A stretch of 9,011 nt of DNA from assembly GCA_027031765.1 (NCBI GenBank), contig JALVPN010000174.1, forward strand, positions 1-9,011. The letters are read 5' to 3'. A program made the position numbers and the translations under genes. The DNA is from Promethearchaeota archaeon. GTDB lineage: Archaea > Asgardarchaeota > Thorarchaeia > Thorarchaeales > Thorarchaeaceae. Shown one piece after another: positions 5,821 through 9,011 of this stretch (its first letter is position 1; every line of letters starts with the position of its first letter). The notes beneath the pieces were generated by a model that ran no database searches, was not told where the DNA came from, and worked only from the letters and a program-made list of their open reading frames with translations.

Positions 5821-6960
5821 ATGATCCCCGTAGCGAAGCCAATCATCGGAGATGCTGAGGTCGAAGCCGTCCGGCAGGTGCTCCAGTCAGGGATGCTGGC
5901 TGAGGGCAAGGTGGCCCGAGAGTTCGAGAAGGAGTTCGCAGAGTATGTCGGTACCCGGTATGCCACTGTCACCAGCAACGGGACCACTGCTCTGAGCACG
6001 GCCCTTGAGGCGTTGGGCCTGCAACCGGGAGACGAGGTCATCACCACGCCGTTCACCTTCATTGCTTCGACGAACACGATTGCCATGCTCGGTGGCGTGC
6101 CAGTATTCGTTGACATCGACCCCGACACATACAACATCAACCCCGACCTCATCGAGGCTGCAATCACCGAGAGGACAAAGGGCATAATGCCCGTGCACAT
6201 ATTCGGCATGCCATGTGACATGAAGCGCATCATGGAGATTGCTGAGAACCACGACCTCTTCGTCATTGAGGACGCGTGCCAGGCCCATGGTGCCACCATC
6301 GATGGCAAGCATGTGGGCTCCTTCGGTGATGTCGGTTGCTTCTCGTTCTACGCCACGAAGAACATGATGACCGGTGAGGGCGGGATGATCACCACCAACA
6401 ACGAGGAGGTGCTCGAGCGGGCCATGTCAATAAAGAACCACGGCCGGGGCCGTCAGGGCGGGTACAGCCACTTCCGCATCGGGTACAACAACAGGATGAT
6501 GGACCTGATTGCCGCCATCGGCCGCGTGCAGCTCCAGAGGATGCCAGAGGTGGTGCGTGCGCGCCGTGAGCATGCAGAGCAGTACAACAAGTTCTTCGCG
6601 GACTACGATGAGGTCAGGCCGCAGGTCGCACTACCGGGCCACAAGTCCGGCTACCATGTGTATGCCCCACGTCTGTTCTCGGAGTCCGTGTCCCGGGACG
6701 AGATGATTGAGCGTCTACGCGCTGCTGGGATTGGCTCGCGCACGGTCTACGCACTCCCCTGCCACAAGCAGCATACCTACCTCAACATCAAGGAGTGGCG
6801 CTGGGCCCGCTTTGTAGAGTACCCCGACTACTCTGCACTGCACCTGCCCAATGCCGAAGACGTGGGTGCACGGCACTTCGAGATCCCGGTCCACCCCGGC
6901 GTGTCAGACTCGGATGTCGGGCACATCCTGTCGACACTCAAGGAGATACTGTCAGGCTGA
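5821..6960 (+). CDS. DegT/DnrJ/EryC1/StrS family PLP-dependent (nucleotide-sugar) aminotransferase, 379 aa
   Basis: N-terminus MIPVAKPIIG, SNGTTAL, GDEVITTPFTFIAS, IMPVHIFG, IEDACQAHG, PLP-lysine motif SFYATKNMMTGEGG and GYNNRM. ATG 5821 matches the usual family N-terminus. Confidence 0.95.
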   Translation: MIPVAKPIIGDAEVEAVRQVLQSGMLAEGKVAREFEKEFAEYVGTRYATVTSNGTTALSTALEALGLQPGDEVITTPFTFIASTNTIAMLGGVPVFVDIDPDTYNINPDLIEAAITERTKGIMPVHIFGMPCDMKRIMEIAENHDLFVIEDACQAHGATIDGKHVGSFGDVGCFSFYATKNMMTGEGGMITTNNEEVLERAMSIKNHGRGRQGGYSHFRIGYNNRMMDLIAAIGRVQLQRMPEVVRARREHAEQYNKFFADYDEVRPQVALPGHKSGYHVYAPRLFSESVSRDEMIERLRAAGIGSRTVYALPCHKQHTYLNIKEWRWARFVEYPDYSALHLPNAEDVGARHFEIPVHPGVSDSDVGHILSTLKEILSG

Positions 6961-7028
6961 CCTGGTGTGGACGACACTGTTGAGATTGCACGCCGCCGCC
7001 CACGGTGCCTCTCGGAGCGCTACTCGTT

Positions 7029-7040
7029 GAGAGAGAGAGA
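7029..7040. repeat. (GA)6 dinucleotide tract
   Basis: gagagagagaga read directly in the intergenic region. Confidence 0.7.
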
Positions 7041-7087
7041 GGGCGCTCTGTTACGGAGCTCATGAAGTCAGTTATCAACCTTGAGAG

Positions 7088-7109
7088 TGAACCCCCTTGA
7101 AAGGGTTCA
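7088..7109. other. Inverted repeat/hairpin TGAACCCCCTTGAAAGGGTTCA
   Basis: TGAACCC (7088-7094) is the reverse complement of GGGTTCA (7103-7109). Function unknown. Confidence 0.45.
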
Positions 7110-7217
7110 AGCAGCCGAACCGGGCTCCCATTGGTGCTGCCCCCCACACAAATACTAGGGAGTCCCTCCACTATTGTATCATTCTGCAATGCTCGTCCAC
7201 TCAGGAGGTTCTGGTTG

Positions 7218-7985
7218 ATGAAGTGTGATGGTAGCCGTCTGGTTGCCGAATACGTCGAGTGGTTGGAGCAGAGGTTCAAGGCTGTAGAGGCCGAAGAGGG
7301 CGTCTGCGAGATTACCACTCCATTCTTGGACCGGCACAATGACAGGATTGTCATCTACGTACAGCCCATTGGGGGAGGGCTACGATTGACTGACGACAGC
7401 TACATGCTCGAAGATTTGGCAATGAGCGGCGTGGAACTGACCCAGAAGCGGAGGGAAATCTTGAGAACTGTCCTCAATGGATTTGGCGTACAGATGACCG
7501 ATGACGGTGAGCTCTACGTAGATACCACAGTGGACAGTTTCACTAGAAAGAAGCATGATTTCATTCAGGCTCTTCTTGTGGTGAACGACATGTTCATGCT
7601 CGGTCAAGAGTACGTACGAGGCCTCTTCTTTGAAGAAGTGGAGCGCTTCCTGGATCAGCATGAGGTACGATTCGTAATGTCGGTCAGGTTCACTGGTCGA
7701 AGCGGTATCGACCACACCTTTGACTTTGTAGTCCCTCCGCATCGCGGCGCTCCTGAGAAGCTAATCCAGGCCATTGGGACGCCGGAGAAGCAGACAATCG
7801 TGGCCAGGCTCCTGTTCCCTCATCTCGACCTGCGCGAGATGCGGCCCGTACAATACACGACTATAGGTGTGCTGAATGACGAAAGACCAGTCCGCCCGGA
7901 GCTCCTTAGTTCCATGGTCAGGACAGGCGTCCAACCAATCCTTTGGAGCCAGCGTAACGAGCACATTGAACAGCTCACGGCATAG
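7218..7985 (+). CDS. DUF1828 + DUF1829 domain protein (255 aa)
   Basis: ITTPFLDRHND-x-I-x-IY, LTDD, FIQALL-x-VNDMF, GRSGIDHTFDFVVP and terminal PILWSQR are signatures of this family as I recall it. Strong AGGAGGT (7203-7209) precedes ATG 7218. Confidence 0.9.
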   Translation: MKCDGSRLVAEYVEWLEQRFKAVEAEEGVCEITTPFLDRHNDRIVIYVQPIGGGLRLTDDSYMLEDLAMSGVELTQKRREILRTVLNGFGVQMTDDGELYVDTTVDSFTRKKHDFIQALLVVNDMFMLGQEYVRGLFFEEVERFLDQHEVRFVMSVRFTGRSGIDHTFDFVVPPHRGAPEKLIQAIGTPEKQTIVARLLFPHLDLREMRPVQYTTIGVLNDERPVRPELLSSMVRTGVQPILWSQRNEHIEQLTA

Positions 7986-8022
7986 ACAAAGTGCTCTCAC
8001 CCCACTAGGAAGATGTGTATGA

Positions 8023-8532
8023 ATGCCTGATGAAGCAGCGTCTGACAACTCTCGGGACTCAGAGTTGAAATGCAAAGAGTTCCTACGTCTAGTAGACCTC
8101 TATCTGGAAAGAATCAAGGAGGAGTACCAGAAGAGAGCACAGACTAGGCTCTCAGGAATGGCTGTCTTGTACGGGTTCTTCTTCGTTCTTGCGAATGCAC
8201 TGGTCGGGCTACTGGGACTGGTCATTGATACCGGTCTGCGATACGCATGGGAGTTATACCTCTTGCTGTTCATGTTCTCCCTGAGTCAGTCAATCATTGG
8301 AGGCCTGATAGTCTTCGAGTCATTCATAGCAGGGTACTCCAGAGCATTCAGGTTGGGTATGGTCATAGTGCTGTCCTCAGTGCCCCAGCTCTTTCTCTAT
8401 GTCTTTGGATTGCTGCTCGGAATTGATAGACTCATAGTCACGGCGAGTGTCTTCCTGAACTCCGCCATCAGCGTGTCCGTTGCGTCTCGTTGGGGCGCAC
8501 CAAGAGATTTCGTCCGTGACTCATACCCATGA
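8023..8532 (+). CDS. Hypothetical membrane protein, ~4 TM helices with a charged N-terminal helix (169 aa)
   Basis: Hydrophobic stretches at about aa 46-70, 76-104, 110-134 and 137-155. Starts 37 nt after the DUF1828/1829 gene, with AGGA at 8007-8010. Confidence 0.72.
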   Translation: MPDEAASDNSRDSELKCKEFLRLVDLYLERIKEEYQKRAQTRLSGMAVLYGFFFVLANALVGLLGLVIDTGLRYAWELYLLLFMFSLSQSIIGGLIVFESFIAGYSRAFRLGMVIVLSSVPQLFLYVFGLLLGIDRLIVTASVFLNSAISVSVASRWGAPRDFVRDSYP

Positions 8533-8978
8533 CTTCAACACATCACCGCTCCTATTCAGACCTCGCCGCCCTTCCGTGACCTCCCGACCGTCCTCGTGTC
8601 GTGGGACGAGGCAATCACAGACCTTCTCCTTCCAGACGATTTCAGCCGTGACGAGTATCGTATGGGCACAGCAGCTCTCGCTATGCGAGGCCCCTGCCCT
8701 CTGCATCACTGCTCTCTGTCTGTCCGCTGGCGGATGACCATCTCTCTGGCGTGGGTCGAACCCCCTGACGTTGTCAGGACTCCGTTGTTGCGGTTGATGG
8801 CTGTCATCTAGAGTCCTGCGTGGAGCGAGATGGAATGATTTTTCCTTAGCAACCGGACATCTCTTGAAACAGAGTAGACGCACAGAGACTCAGCGACATC
8901 GGCAATAACGCCCCACAGGGCATGGGCAACTGCATGGTACGCACGGCCAGCTCCGACACGGACGTCGGTTCTTGTCAA
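8521..8978 (-). pseudogene. Chain of three abutting short ORFs (56, 33 and 61 aa): micro-ORF operon or fragmented gene
   Basis: Hand translation: 8978-8808 (TTG..TAG), 8807-8706 (ATG directly after TAG) and 8706-8521 (TGATG overlap). No family recognised. Confidence 0.25.
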
Positions 8979-9011
8979 CGATGATCCGCGTCAATAGTAA
9001 TAGTGACTTGG

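Noticed and set aside
2119-6983. Antisense or alternate-frame ORFs over core genes (e.g. 2351-3226, 3927-4487, 4057-4500, 5796-6308, 5887-6312)
   Set aside because: Shadow ORFs expected opposite GC-rich coding sequence.
7131-7217. N-terminal extension of DUF1828 or remnant of its usual upstream partner (SFCN motif)
   Set aside because: The strong RBS supports ATG 7218, and the similarity to a partner is too short to support.
604-7985. Genome-wide TAG recoding (pyrrolysine or Gln)
   Set aside because: The TAG stops at 2033-2035 and 7983-7985 fall at family-typical C-termini, and no conserved gene contains an internal TAG.
6938-8075. Minus-strand ORFs 6938-7354, 7380-7742 and 7761-8075
   Set aside because: They overlap the well-supported DUF1828/1829 gene antisense and show no motifs.
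8808-8978. HEPN domain suggested by RAYHAVAHAL resembling RAYYAxFHA
   Set aside because: Spacing to the downstream His is wrong, and there is no Rx4-6H motif region or full-length domain.
1-9011. CRISPR array, tRNA, rRNA, RNase P/SRP RNA, group II intron
   Set aside because: No regularly spaced repeats and none of the diagnostic motifs were seen by eye on either strand.

Overview
Probably an archaeal window, possibly Asgard/Thorarchaeota-like (inferred from TATA-like promoter boxes and gene content; not proven). The GC-rich core (~2030-6960) holds a minus-strand operon of an SCP2 lipid-binding protein, an FAD-linked oxidase/dehydrogenase (GlcD/Dld superfamily) and an HdrD/GlpC-like Fe-S protein with two CCG domains. 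Divergent from it are a DUF2085-like membrane protein and a DegT/DnrJ/EryC1/StrS aminotransferase. Two lower-GC accessory blocks flank the core. The left block (214-1378) is a tightly coupled four-gene cassette: a DUF3467-like protein, an acidic protein with a C-terminal winged helix, and two ~54-aa proteins missed by the ORF track. The right block (7218-8532) is a DUF1828/DUF1829 protein plus a 4-TM membrane protein. The left cassette (toxin-antitoxin-accessory or defence-like, by inference) and the SCP2-linked flavin/Fe-S operon, whose flavoprotein lacks canonical hydroxyacid-binding motifs, are the best candidates for undescribed systems. No rRNA, tRNA, CRISPR array or transposase was recognised.
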